Origin: Octopus bimaculoides
Lineage: Eukaryota
DNA length: 64,000 nucleotides
Assembly (NCBI RefSeq): GCF_001194135.2
Contig: NC_068986.1
Location: 90,562,953-90,626,952, forward strand
Direction of reading: 5' to 3'
The notes under the pieces are model-generated. The model ran no database searches. It saw nothing but the letters and a program-made list of their open reading frames with translations, and was not told where the DNA came from. Of this stretch, positions 1 through 12,245 are shown one piece after another (positions within the stretch are counted from its first letter, which is position 1; every line of letters begins with the position of its first letter). The translations under genes and the position numbers were made by a program.

Positions 1-601
1 TGATTTATCATTTGGTTGTGAAATCCTAAAATACAACTAGAACAGCCATTACAAAGTATTGGTCATAGATATCGTTAACAACCCTTATTCTATCATATGA
101 ATTACAAATGCTTTTCAGAAGTTGAAATAACGCGTTACCAAAGTAGATTTAACAAAAAAAGAATCACTCACATTCTTTTTTTTTTCTTTTTTTTTTTGCT
201 CTTAGCAGACTGTGTCTGCTAAAGTTTGAATTCATTTACTCAAATTTACAACTGTTTTGAAATGCAATTTTAGGGAGATTTTTTTGTCCTTGAAATTTTA
301 ATCAAAGTGTTGTTCCAAAGACAAATGCAGCATGAAAGACTCACATTGCCCATTCACAAAACACACCAAAACTATTAACTTCACTTAAACATTTATTATT
401 TAGTGTCAAAATTGTTTGACACTATGAGTTTTTGGATGGTCAATATGTGCCTTTGACACTAAAATTGCTTTGGTTTCAACACAGTCTCAGATCAAATCAC
501 ATGCCGAGCAAATTCATCTCCAAGATTATTTTAAAGAAGTTTTGATCAACTCATCACATTATAAAAATGTAGAACTTATCAAATGTTTTCAGAATCATGC
601 A

Positions 602-668
602 TCATGTTGGTATCAACAATACGGGTCGCAAACTGACCAGTTGCTTCTTGAGTTCCTTGTTAACAGCC
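602..668 (-). CDS. Candidate terminal coding exon (AVNKELKKQLVSLRPVLLIPT*)
   Basis: Minus-strand acceptor TATTTTTAG|G, 21 sense codons to TGA, GC above the surroundings, AATAAA downstream (plus TTTATT near 393). Product not recognised. Confidence 0.3.
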
Positions 669-919
669 CTAAAAATATTCACATAATATATTGTTATTTA
701 CAGTGTGTGTGTACACAGTAGTGGATATGAGCTGTTTTGGCATAAGCATTTTGGCACCACTTACTTGACGTCACTGATTTGGCACTGACTTATTTGACAT
801 CAACCTTTAGCATTTAAACTGGCCAGATCTGGCCCAAATATTCTACGTGTTTTATATTCAAACTGGCCAGATCTGACCTCTTACACCCATCCTACAATGT
901 CACTCCAAAAATAAACACT

Positions 920-1195
920 CATCATCATCATCGTTTAACATCTGCTCTCCATGCTGGCATGGGTTGGACAGTTTGACATAGAGTTGGCTAGCAGGGTGCT
1001 GTCCAGACTCCAACTGTCTGTTGTGGCGTGGTTTCTATGGCTGGATGCCCTTCTTTACACCAACCACTTAGCAGAGTGTGCTGGGTGCCTTTTACGTGCC
1101 ACTGGTACGGGTGCATTTACATAGCATTGGCACAGATGTGTTTTCACAGCGCTGGCATGGGTGCTCGTTAAGTGGCACTGGCATCTGAATGGACA
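920..1195. repeat. Interspersed repeat fragment beginning at (CAT)n
   Basis: GC-rich island 'catcgtttaacatctgctctccatgctggcatgggttggacagtttgac' resembling an abundant octopus dispersed repeat, from memory; not database-checked. Confidence 0.45.
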
Positions 1196-2494
1196 TTCCA
1201 AAACTATGAGGTATTGTGTGATTAATTGAAAACGATGTGAATAAATAAGCATTACATTTCACAGAGTAATCTGAATGCTAATGGGTTAATCTTTCCTCTC
1301 TTTGTCCACTCCCTGTGTTTTATGTATGTGAACGTATTTCTTTATGTGTATGAGGAGAGAGAAAGTGCTTATGTTAATCGTGTTCAATCAATAAATAGTA
1401 ATGTCTCTCTCTCCCTCCCTCTTTCTCACAATGTGTGTATATTTCTTGATGCATGTGTATGTGTGTGTGTTTGTTTCCATTGCCACAACGTAGTGTCAAC
1501 AAAACAGACAGAATGCCCAATCAGCCTGTACCAAATCATCAGCTCCAAACAGCTGCGCCCAATTATCTCATTCCACACAATGCTATTCTGCATCTCTACA
1601 ACACAGTGTACAGGTTGTCACCCAAGTTTCTGTGAAACATTACTAATTAAATATTGAATATTCTCATAAAATTGAAATCTCATCTTTTTCCTGGCCATCT
1701 CTCTTTAAAAACTGAAGATGTCAACATTATTAAACTACCAAGTAACCTTAACAGAATTGTTAAGGGACAGAATAGTAATTATTATAAAACATTGTTTTGT
1801 CTTTCTTTCATTTCTAGTCATTATTTACTTCTGTCAAGGCTGTGAATTGCCAGAATTGGTCGAGTGATTACTTCAACATCCTGTATTTTCAGTTCTTATC
1901 TTACCATGGTCAGCTTTCCATTCCATCCTTCTAGAGTTGATACAATAAGTTTTAGCTATGTATTGCAATTAATTCAGTCAACTGTATCCCTTTTTCTACA
2001 TATCTGTGGCTTGTGTCAGTGGAAGAAAAAAATTGTTTCATTAGCTATTGTGTAACAGACCATAACATCAGCTGTTATGTAACTAAAAATAGCATCAGTT
2101 TCATATAATGAAATCATTAATTATTATGTAAAACACGTTAACTATAGCTATTGCACAAATTATAATATAAACAATATGTGACAAAGTATAACATCATACA
2201 TATGTTACTAATTATATCATTATATCTAATTAAATATTATGTAACAGATAATAGCATCAGTTATACTTAACTGTAGCATTGATTGTGTAATTAACTATAA
2301 TGACAATGAAACACTTTCCATTTGCAAATTATTGTGCAATCTTAGCTAAAGTTAATCAAACAGCCTTTTTCTTGTTGCTAATTAAGTTATGGAGTCATTT
2401 TTGACTGAATAAACTTCAGCTAAAATTAAACCCCTCAACATTTCTGCCTTTCTTTTGCAACCATTCAACCAAATTACAAAACACATTCATTAAT

Positions 2495-2649
2495 TACATT
2501 ATTTACATTATTTACATTTGACGGATATTTGTCCTCATCTTGTTTGTTGTTAACACGTTTCGGCTGATATACCCTCCAGCCTTCGTCAGGTGTCTTGGGG
2601 AAATTTCAAACCTGGGTTCTCATTCCTAACGATGTTACTATTATTATAA

Positions 2650-2686
<37 letters not shown>

Positions 2687-2812
2687 CAGGTCGCTGACGA
2701 AGGCTGGAGGGTATATCAGCCGAAACGTTGTGTTAACAACAAACAAGATGAGGACAAATATCCGTCAAATGTAAATAATGTAAATAATTCCTCATCTCTT
2801 AAATATAGAACT
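2495..2812. mobile_element. Penelope-type inverted-terminus (foldback) element with hammerhead motifs and 12-bp TSD
   Basis: About 90-bp inverted arms (~2499-2589 and 2694-2788) around a spacer with (TTA)n; flanking direct repeat ACATTCATTAAT at 2483-2494 and 2813-2824. Confidence 0.75.
2694..2734 (+). ncRNA. Minimal type-I hammerhead ribozyme motif (Penelope type)
   Basis: CTGACGA-A-GGCTG/CAGCC stem II-GAAA-CGT-T-GTGTT; the opposite-arm copy (2552-2594, minus) supplies the upstream stem I strand GACAC. Confidence 0.65.
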
Positions 2813-3074
2813 ACATTCATTAATGTTATTAAAAATATGTATATACTAACGTTAAGCCAGTGTTGAAGAATTTAGTCTGGTATAAATAAATACTGGTTCT
2901 GGTGCTTCCCATTTTCACTCATTGACTGTGACCACTGCTGGCAGTGTTAGACTATCACAGTTAAAATCAATTCATAAAACTATAAAATGTGAACTACTTA
3001 GGAGAGTATTGTAGTTCGCTTGAAGCATTGTGTATTGTTTGTAAAGAATAAAAAAACTACATCATATGAGATAC

Positions 3075-3158
3075 CTATATATTTTAAAACTACAGCTTTG
3101 TTGTTGCCTTTGGCAGTTTTTGACCAGGATTGGCATCTTACAAATTCAAAATGATTAA
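3075..3158 (-). CDS. Candidate phase1-phase1 exon (NHFEFVRCQSWSKTAKGNNKAVVLKYI)
   Basis: Acceptor TTTCTCTCCTAAG, donor AG|GTATCT, 84 nt, only the phase-1 frame is open. Confidence 0.3.
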
Positions 3159-3475
3159 CTTAGGAGAGAAACCATATGGCAGTAAAAGGACAGCATATTT
3201 TGTACGTATATAAACTTATAATTGAAATAAATGCAATGATACTGAAAGTAAAAGGCATTTCTGTTGATTTCTGTGTCAGAAGTTATTGTTAACATTTAGT
3301 TGCTTGATTATTATGAAAGAAACTATATCTTTTATTTGTGGCAATGACTTCACTGAATTGTGGCATATTGCTTGGGAAACACCCTCCTGCATTTGTGTTA
3401 TATATATAATGAAAGATTAATTATGAAGTAAAAGCTACTCTCAAAGGACTTAAGATGGGGTTAGATATTGAAAGT

Positions 3476-3640
3476 AATATGTGGCTGTGTGGTAAGAAGT
3501 TTGCTTCCCAACATCATGTGGTTCTGGGTTCAGTCTCACTGCGTGGTACCTTGGGCAAGTGTTTTATTATAGCCTCAGGCTGACTGAAGTCTTAGTGAAT
3601 TTGGTAGATGGAAATTAAATGAAGCCCATTATATATATAT
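3476..3640 (+). mobile_element. tRNA-derived SINE family B, 5' part
   Basis: gtggctgtgtggtaagaagtttgcttccc...gggttcagtc...ccttgggcaagtg; matches full copies at 13111-13509 and 29641-30041. Confidence 0.85.
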
Positions 3641-3642
3641 AT

Positions 3643-4166
3643 ATTACATAAAAAAATGTGAGCATGAAAAGTAATATTCTTAAGATTATAAACCTGGAAA
3701 AGTACAGGATAAGTTATTACACATGGAAAAGTATAGGACAATCTATTACTTCTAGTAAAGTAAAGAATAAGAAACTTTTTACTTAAAATATTGCAGCAAA
3801 GAATGCCAATTCTTCTAATTTATCACTCTTTACATTTCTCATCTTTTAAATTTATTGTACAAAACTGTTCAGCTTGACGGATAAAAGTTTATCTAATTAG
3901 TCACTTTTTTCTGTATTTAAGGTAGTAAATTAGCCAAACTCTACTTAAATAAGTATAATGTTATTTGTAAACTATAATAAAATAATTTTTAATAATCAAA
4001 TTTTAATTTTAGCTGCAATATTTTAAGTAAAATGTTTCTTATTCTTTACTTTACTAGAAGAAATAGCTTGTCCTATACTTTTCCAGGTGTAATAACTTGT
4101 CCTATACTTTTCCAGGTTTATAATCTTAAGAATATTACTTTTCATGCTCACATTTTTTTATGTAAT
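3643..4166. mobile_element. MITE/foldback element with ~155-bp inverted arms
   Basis: 3643-3797 is the near reverse complement of 4012-4166; each arm has two ggaaaagtataggacaa-like subrepeats. Confidence 0.7.
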
Positions 4167-5106
4167 TCATGATTTTTCGAGGCATTGCTGTTATAAGATA
4201 ATNNNNNNNNNNNNNNNNNNNNNNNNNNNNNNNNNNNNNNNNNNNNNNNNNNNNNNNNNNNNNNNNNNNNNNNNNNNNNNNNNNNNNNNNNNNNNNNNNN
4301 NNNNNNNNNNNNNNNNNNNNNNNNNNNNNNNNNNNNNNNNNNNNNNNNNNNNNNNNNNNNNNNNNNNNNATAATTAAAGATTTAAACTTATAAAATACTG
4401 AAAGATAATATTTCAATTTTTCCATGGAAGTGATGATAATATTTCAGTTTTTTTCATGTTTAAGTTAAATATATGTTGTGATTGAATTATTTGCTATTAC
4501 CCATCTGCACCAAATTAATGGCAGGGAATTTTACCATCTTGTTGGTTGCATCATCGCTCACCAAAAGTTGCAAACAACAAGACCCCAAAACCATCAGTTA
4601 CCATTCTCACCTTAAGTAACCTAGATTTTGAGTTGGTGATAATAGCACTGACTGCTGCTAATCTAGATGTATCAATAATTATTCAATACAACAGTAATTA
4701 TAAAAGCATATCAGATATACACAAGTTAAAATTACCTACACCCCATTAATATAAATTTGATTTATGAAAAATCCCTTTTAATTAATTTTGAAATTTAAAA
4801 GATAAATTTAGAATATAAGCACTTTTAACCAGTGCCTTTTGTGGACAGCCTTACTACATGTCTTCAGGTCTGCTCATAGAGACACAGCCAAAAATGACTA
4901 TATTCCTGCCCCAATAAATTTAGATGCACATATCTGAAGCATATCACAAATTAATGAACTAGCCTGATTAAATAATTAACTAAAAAGAAAAGTAAAGCAA
5001 CTGAAAAGGAAAAGCAAAAAAAGTAGAAAGAGAAAATTAATCATAAAAGTTAAACTTACCCTAATTCAACAGCATATTAAAAATTACTTTATTAAAAAAA
5101 AAATAC

Positions 5107-5212
5107 ATGAAGGGTAAAGTTGACCTCAGTGGAATTTGAACTCAGAACGAAAAGACAGACAAAATACTGCTAAGCATTTCACCCAGCACACTAACATTTC
5201 TGCCACCTTGCT
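5107..5212 (-). mobile_element. tRNA-derived SINE family A, 5' part
   Basis: Reverse complement of the head gcagaaatgttag...ttctgagttcaaattcc seen at 44790. Confidence 0.85.
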
Positions 5213-5698
5213 GTGTTAGAATGTAAACATTCATTTTAGAAATATATTCTTATCTTAACATTATTGGGGTGTTACTTACTTCCTCACTTACTGACAATAA
5301 ATTTCATGACATTTTACCTCATAAGTTTTTTTCTACTAATTTTTGTTCAATGCGATTAACGATGCTGAATTCCTCATTCATTTTTCTATCATTTAAGCCT
5401 AAGAAAAGTATACTTTTATTTTAAAATAAAAAAAATTTATGTTAATTGAAGATGAATAGTATAAATACTGCCCACCTTTAGCCCTGATATATTTTTGATG
5501 TAACTGTTTTTCTACTGAAATAAATCTCAAACTATTTATGCCAAAGTGTAGCTGAGGAAGTGTCCTCTTTAAAACTGTTAACAGTTACCAATTTAGTTGA
5601 GAACTGAATTAGTGAAGCTGCTGCGATTGACGAAATATGGTGGACTTACGAATATATTCAACCACTACTGTGGTTGAATGATATATATATATATATAC

Positions 5699-5737
<39 letters not shown>

Positions 5738-5759
5738 CATACATATATACATACATATG

Positions 5760-5925
5760 TATATATGTGTCTCTGCTTGTTCTTTGCCACTGCTTGACAA
5801 CTGGTGTTGGTATGTTTACATCCGTGTAACTAGTGGTTCAGCAAAAGACTGTAATAGAGCAATTACCAAGATTAAAATAAAACTAAGAACTGGGGTTGAT
5901 TTGTTTGATTAAAGTTCTTTGATGT
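5760..5925 (+). mobile_element. SINE family B, 3' part after (TA/TACA)n
   Basis: gcttgacaactggtgttggtatgtttacatcc...ggggttgatttg matches the family B tail. Confidence 0.7.
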
Positions 5926-6174
5926 ATTTATGAATGTGTGGTTGTGAGTTATATAGACAAAGAAATAGTGTGAGTTGCAGTGATGTGAAATTATTCTCCT
6001 TAATGAATGTATGGTGTCATGGTTCACAGCTCATTAGAAACATACTGTGTAATCTTTTATGACACTTCAAAGATGAATTTTAAGAGCAGTAATACAATCC
6101 TGTACTGACAGCAGTTACATTTGTTATTGTTGATGACATTGTGCAGTACATATAGACTTTGGCTTCTTTTAGCT

Positions 6175-6408
6175 TCTTATTTCTTTATTGCCCACAAGGG
6201 GCTAAACATAGAGGGGACAAACAAGGACAGACAAAGGGATTAAGTCGATTACATTGACTCCAGTGCGTAACTGGTACTTAATTTATCGCCCCCGAAAGGA
6301 TGAAAGGCAAAGTCGACCTCTGCGGAATTTGAACTCAGAACATAACGGCAGATGAAATACTGCTAAGCATTTCGCCCGGCGTGCTAACGTTTCTGCCAGC
6401 TCACTGCC
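6175..6408 (-). mobile_element. SINE family A, full length
   Basis: Near reverse complement of 44790-45014, including the tail gtgggcaataaagaaataag. Confidence 0.92.
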
Positions 6409-6555
6409 TTCTTTTAGTTTCTGTCTATGAAATCCACTGTCAAGGCTTTGGTCTGTTAGGGGATGTAGCAGAAGATACTTGCTCAAGATGCTGCACAATA
6501 GGAGTGAACTAGAGACCACATGGTTGGGAAGCAAGTTTCTCAACCACACAGCCAA
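6405..6555 (-). mobile_element. SINE family B, 5' part
   Basis: Minus strand ggctgtgtggttgagaaacttgcttcccaaccatgtgg...cttgagcaagt. Confidence 0.8.
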
Positions 6556-6696
6556 GTCTGTGTCATCTTCATAGTTAAAATATACAAGTTTAAATTGTTA
6601 GAAATGTCAACTGTATTTTAATTGATTTGAGAATTGTTTTAGAAGATGGTAAATATGATGAATATTTTGTTAAAGCTGTCTAATTTAATAATCTTT

Positions 6697-6890
6697 TCTA
6701 AGCACAAGGCTTGAAATTTTTGGGGTGGGAGCCAGTCGATTACGTCGAACCCAATACGCAACTGGTACTTAATTTATCGACCCTGAAAGGATGAAAGGCA
6801 AAGTCGACCTCAGCAGAATTTGAATTCAGAATAAAGACATGAAATACCGCTAAACTTTTCGCCTGGTGTGCTGTTTCTGCCAGCTTGCTG
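6697..6890 (-). mobile_element. SINE family A (ccttgtgc-tail variant)
   Basis: Head and body match 58675-58885 in reverse. Confidence 0.85.
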
Positions 6891-7257
6891 ACTTGAATTT
6901 AATAATGAGTAACTTCCAACATTGGCACAATGCTACATATCTGAGAACTGAGACAGGGAGTTAGCAACACATTTTTTTGACACATGGATCTTATAATAAT
7001 TTGGGAAAGAGGATACATAAAGGTGAGGCGCTCAGTTAAAAGAATTGATTTGGAAATAAAAGCAAAAATTCTACAAAGTATAAAGACTCAAATGGAAAAA
7101 TGTGTCGCTCAAGAAGGACTTCAGTTTGAACAATTTTCATGTTTCATATTTAGATGCTTTTATTAAATTCATTTAGTTTTTAAACATAAATAAATCTTGG
7201 AATTAAATGGTTTTGATTTAGTGTCAGGTGACTTTTGGCCAACACTGTATGTCAAAA

Positions 7258-7667
7258 GTAAAGATTATTTGCCAACATAACATCCTGGTTTAGGACAAAT
7301 GTTGCTGTAATTTAGCCCCAGGAGACATCGTCTCCAGCTGGCTATACGACACGATCTGTGTTCTTATATTTTTGAACAAGGGCATTTAGTACCCCCACTC
7401 AGCTCAAAACAATATCTGTGTATCGCGATTTCCAGGTTATTTCCCTTCATCAGCTCAGAAATTGCGATACACAAATATTGTTTTGAGCTGAGTTGGGGGG
7501 TGGGAGTAGGGGTAGGGGGCTAAATGCCCTTGTTCAAAAATATATATATATATATATGACACAGATCGTGTTGTATAACCAGCTGGAGATGATGTCTCCT
7601 GGGGCTAAATTACAGCAACATTCATCCTAAACCAGGATTGCCATATTATGTTGGCAAATAATCTTTA
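7258..7667. mobile_element. Foldback element centred on a hammerhead motif (Penelope-type termini)
   Basis: Arms ~7258-7430 and ~7459-7667 are reverse complements; the centre holds CTGATGA on the minus strand. Confidence 0.7.
7416..7458 (-). ncRNA. Minimal type-I hammerhead ribozyme motif
   Basis: CTGAG-CTGATGA-AGGG-AAATAA-CCTG-GAAA-TCGCGA-T-A-CACAG; intact core, palindromic stem III ATCGCGAT, stem I 4/5 paired, stem II imperfect. Confidence 0.6.
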
Positions 7668-7814
7668 TTCTAGAGAACTGTTGCCGAATATCTCTCATTG
7701 AGAGATTTACAAATAGTAATTTCCTGTATATCAAGTTGAAACTGAATGTATATTTAAACTGTTTATAATAATGTGTTTTATGCAACAAAAGAAAAGTACC
7801 TATCATTTATCTTT

Positions 7815-8165
7815 AACTTGTTTCAGTGATGAACTGTAGCCATGCTGAGGCATTACCTTGAAGGGTTTTGGGTCAATCAAATTAACCCCAGAATTTAATG
7901 TTTTGAAGTCTGGTACTTATTCAGTAAGTCTTTTATGCTGAACCACACAGTTACAGGGATAAGAACAAGCTCACACCAAGTGTCAAGCAGTGGTGGTAGT
8001 GTGATAAACATGGACACACACACACATATACAACAGGCTTCCACAGTACTTGTCTACCAAATTCATTTAAAGTCATTGGTCAGTCCAGAGCTATTGTATA
8101 AGACACTTGCACTAGGTGCTGTACAGTGGTACTGATCCTGAGATAGAAATTGTGTGGAAGCCTGC
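7815..8165 (-). mobile_element. SINE family B, degenerate
   Basis: catgctgaggc...ctggtacttatt...tgtcaagc...agacacttgc are reverse-complement family B blocks. Confidence 0.75.
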
Positions 8166-8434
8166 TTTTGTGTGTGTGTGTGTTAATGTTTATTTCCATG
8201 TCATGTTATAATCACACAACTATGCTTGCACCTATGTTTAAAACGTTGGATTAACCCCAGCCAAATTTCTTTCAAATAACACCCTATGTTCTTGGAAAGG
8301 GAAAGATGTGTTTAGAATATTATTGAAAAGTCCAAAATACTCTTGAAATTACAAAATGGTCAAAGCTGGAATGCTTTTGATTATTAGTCAGTTTAATCAG
8401 GATTTTGTTGGTACACCATGAACTTCAAATCACC

Positions 8435-8580
8435 AGGTGCAGGTGTGGCTGTGTTGTAAGTAGCTTGCTTACCAACTACATGGTTCAAGGTTCAGTCCCA
8501 CTGCATGGCACCTTGGGCAAGTGTCTTCTACTATAGCTTTGGGCCGACCAAAGTCTTGTGAGTGAATTTGGTCGGTCAAA
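8435..8580 (+). mobile_element. SINE family B, 5' part
   Basis: ggtgcaggtgtggctgtgttgtaagtagcttgcttacc...ccttgggcaagtgtc. Confidence 0.88.
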
Positions 8581-8582
8581 CA

Positions 8583-8784
8583 AGGGAGATAATTAAAAAA
8601 TCCTGAACATTTTGTCCAAGAATCACAAACACTTGGGTAGGTTTTTTATTATTTTCCCCCATCTCTGGAAGGAAGTTTGAAATCGGGGGTTCAGCATTTC
8701 AGTTCATCACTTCTATTATTAATTTTTTAATTATTGGATCATATATTTTAATCATATACCTCATACCTATTCAATCAAATGTTT
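8583..8784 (+). repeat. ~200-bp dispersed repeat, copy 1 (copy 2 at 13081-13645, SINE-interrupted)
   Basis: Shared gggagataattaaaaaatcctgaacattt and ggatcatatattttaatcatatacctcatacctatt.aatcaaatgttt. Confidence 0.85.
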
Positions 8785-10029
8785 NNNNNNNNNNNNNNNN
8801 NNNNNNNNNNNNNNNNNNNNNNNNNNNNNNNNNNNNNNNNNNNNNNNNNNNNNNNNNNNNNNNNNNNNNNNNNNNNNNNNNNNNNNNNNNNNNNNNNNNN
8901 NNNNNNNNNNNNNNNNNNNNNNNNNNNNNNNNNNNNNNNNNNNNNNNNNNNNNNNNNNNNNNNNNNNNNNNNNNNNNNNNNNNNNNNNNNNNNNNNNNNN
9001 NNNNNNNNNNNNNNNNNNNNNNNNNNNNNNNNNNNNNNNNNNNNNNNNNNNNNNNNNNNNNNNNNNNNCGTCACACAATTATGTTAAAATTACTTCCCTT
9101 TGATCAAAAATTTGCATTTTTGGACGTTAGCGTTGGGAAAATAATTATTCGCGTCACTTCAATTATTCTAAAATTTTTTATGCCAGAATAAAGGAATTTC
9201 GTGCAGAATATTTTTTTCTCAACAGTCATTAACTGCTGGATATTTTGAGGCTAACATGTTAAAACAAGAATATATGAATATTCTCATACAAAATTATTAT
9301 TCCGACTACACGTTCTCTTCAATTACTCTATATCATTATTATGTATTATATTTTATACTTTACTTGTTTCACTTGTTGAGGTACAGCTTTGAAGGATCTT
9401 AAAAGAAATTTTGAGACCGTATTTGTTAATAATTTTTATTTTGTGATTTAATTAAATAATATTGTTATGTTTTAATTTGTATTTCTAAATTTATGATACA
9501 AAGCAATTCTAACAGAATTTTATTTTATTCAGGAAGATCTCTAGGATAGACATTTCTTGTTCTACGTTTGATGCTCTTTTGAAAAGCTGTCTTCCCTAAC
9601 ACGCAGGAATCTCACATAGTGCTGGTGATGAAAGAAATATGGTCTTGTCAATTCGATTCCAGCAACTGTCTCCACTCATCAGACATGAACTTCTGAATTC
9701 TACCTTCTTTCATTCTGGATTTATTCATTCTGGACTGTTTTATTCTGAACTCTACACTCTCCGGTTGCACCTCTCCTACCCATGGATTACACTGGACCCA
9801 TCTTCTGATATGAATTATTATCCCCGACACGTATAGATCGTCAGTGTCTCTGGAAGGTAGTATTGTAATTAAACGGTAGAGTGCCTTAAGAAATATGATT
9901 TGATATCAATATATACGATTTTAACTGAAAGACAGTACAACAACAAAAATATCTTTTCTATATTTCATGGTGTCTTAAACTACTTTATGAAATCATGATT
10001 TTATTAGCCGAAGAATTTAAGCAGCCCAT

Positions 10030-11090
10030 TTAAATCTCAGATATCTCCTGCGCAATATTCATGAACCAATCTAATTTTAAAACAGTTGCTTAATGTGCCA
10101 ATGCAACATATCACGAAGCTTGTTAGAGAAGAGACTTCGTGGAAGATGATTAAAACTGGAACAGTATCTTATAAGGAGCTGCAGTCTCATACTCTCCCAG
10201 CAAGAAGAAGATCCTCTTCGCTATTCATTATGCCTGTTCACCATCCGACCCTTAGCATGTTTGACAAAAACAAAAGGACATCATGACAAAAAAACATACT
10301 GTATCAAGCACGAGAGTAACACCCCACTTTGAGTCTATCTCTGCTACGAGTAACCCAGCCCTGAATCTCAATAAAAATATTATGTGGCCCAAGGCTGACA
10401 AGGATCTTGAATTATGCTTTCAACTCCATTATGAAAGGAAACTGCAACACGAGAGATTCTTTAGGGACAAGCTATGATATACAACTGGAATAACAAGTCT
10501 ACACAAGGGAATTAGTCTTGGTTTCTGATTTAAAAAAAACCCAACTTATACAAGGATTAATTCATTAGTAACATCTGATTCGGGAAGATGTGTCTGGTGG
10601 AACAGACAAAACATTTTTGATCAAGTTAATTTTGGCAAAATGTTCCTTCACTGAAGTAGACCATAGCAATCGTCTCATATGGAATTGCTCCAACTTTACT
10701 CTCAGGTGACAGGTTCTAAAGCAGTCCGAATTAAAGTATGGGTGCGCAATATCTCACAGACTTGCATTTGGGGCTATGAGGCTTTACAAGGTGTCAGAGG
10801 TTTAAACAAAATCATGAGTGGAGTCACACTCTTGCTCCCCGATGACCTTTTGGCCAACTGCCTATCATTCAAAAGGGTACATCTACTGATCAGTTGAGAG
10901 AACAGATCTCAGAAAGATCTTTGGAAACGCGATGAAAAACTTCAACTTTTTACCCATATGAGAGTTGTATTTGATGAAGATGTCTCAGCACCCGAGTTTG
11001 CAAAAGTTTTAATTCATATCTCAGTTGACAAAAAGGGGAGATGTAAAAAAAGAAGTGGTACTGAAAGTTTATCGTAACCCGCCACAGAAT
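10030..11090 (+). mobile_element. Helitron RepHel fragment (pseudogenised)
   Basis: Broken frames give TYHEAC*RRDFVEDD*NW...ILFAI..ACSPSDP and helicase-region MSGVTLLLPDD...LW...LFTHMRV...EFAKVLIHI, typical of Helitron RepHel. Confidence 0.8.
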
Positions 11091-11389
11091 TTCTAGAAAC
11101 CACTAGTAACTCTTTAAACTTGCAATCTGAGCTCTTCAAAACTGTCACTATATAGGATATTAATGTCATCACTATTTAAAAGGTACCAGCCAACCCCAAA
11201 TAGTATTAGTCAATTAACACTAAAGTTAATCTTAACGATGCTCTTAACAATCCAACAGTGTTTCTCAATTTTTTCCATCCTACTGCTGTCCCTTCTCGAA
11301 ATCTTCAAACGAAAGCAGGAGCATCCATTTGAAATTCGGATACATCAAAAACTCTGTAACTATATAAAACTCTGAAACCGCCAAAGTAA

Positions 11390-12245
11390 CTGGTGATAAT
11401 TTCATTGATATGGTGGAGGATGTAGTAGTGTTCCGTCACTGCATTGATGAGTTCGTGCGGGATTGGCCCGTTTACGTTGGTGAGCTAAACGACCGCTTGA
11501 TGCGATGAACAATGATGAGCGATTCCTACAGAACATTGTGTTCAACGATGAGGTTACGTTCCATGTGTGTGGACGTGTTCATCGTTATAAAGTCATGATA
11601 TGAGCTTAGAAACCATAACATGCCTTCATTGAGCACGAGTGTAACAGCTCCAAAGTGAATGTCAGGCGTGCACTCATACATGGTAGAGTTATTGGGACGT
11701 TTCTCTTTACCGAGCTGAATGTGACTTAAAAGACTACTTTGATATGTTGGACCAGTATGCAGTGTCACAAATACGGGATGTCGGTGCAGGTATCTTCTTT
11801 GAACACGATGGGACTCCCCTGCAATACAGCAGAATTGTCCGTGACTTTCTGGATAGGACATTTCCACAGCGGTGGACAGGGAGGGATGGATGAATGCTAT
11901 CGCCTCCACGATCGTCAGACCTCACGCCATTAGATTTTTACCTGTGGAGCTGTCAAGCAACGAGTGTACAGTGTTCCTGTTAGCGGTAGTGAGCACGTGA
12001 AGGAGAGAATCAATGACTGTCCAATCTGTTGCACCTGATATTCTTCGTTGTGTGAAACTAAAACTGGAGTTCCGATTAGATGTGTGCAGGGCAACGAATG
12101 GAAGCCACAGTGAACTAAACTGCTCTAAACTGTATGTAAACTTTATTAGTCTGTCTCGTATTCAACAAGTACATGAAATCTGTAGTGTTGCAAGTTACAT
12201 CAATAAATAGTTTTTAAATCACACCATGATTTTACGGACTCAGTC
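11390..12245 (+). mobile_element. Tc1/mariner-superfamily transposase remnant (WPPRSPDLTPLDF type)
   Basis: IVFNDEVTFHVCG...SKVNV...IFFEHDG...RDFLDRTFPQRWTGR...PPRSSDLTPLDF with stops and frameshifts. Confidence 0.88.

Noticed and set aside
470-721. 83-aa plus-strand ORF
   Set aside because: Non-ATG start, no recognisable motif; overlaps a better-bounded minus-strand exon candidate.
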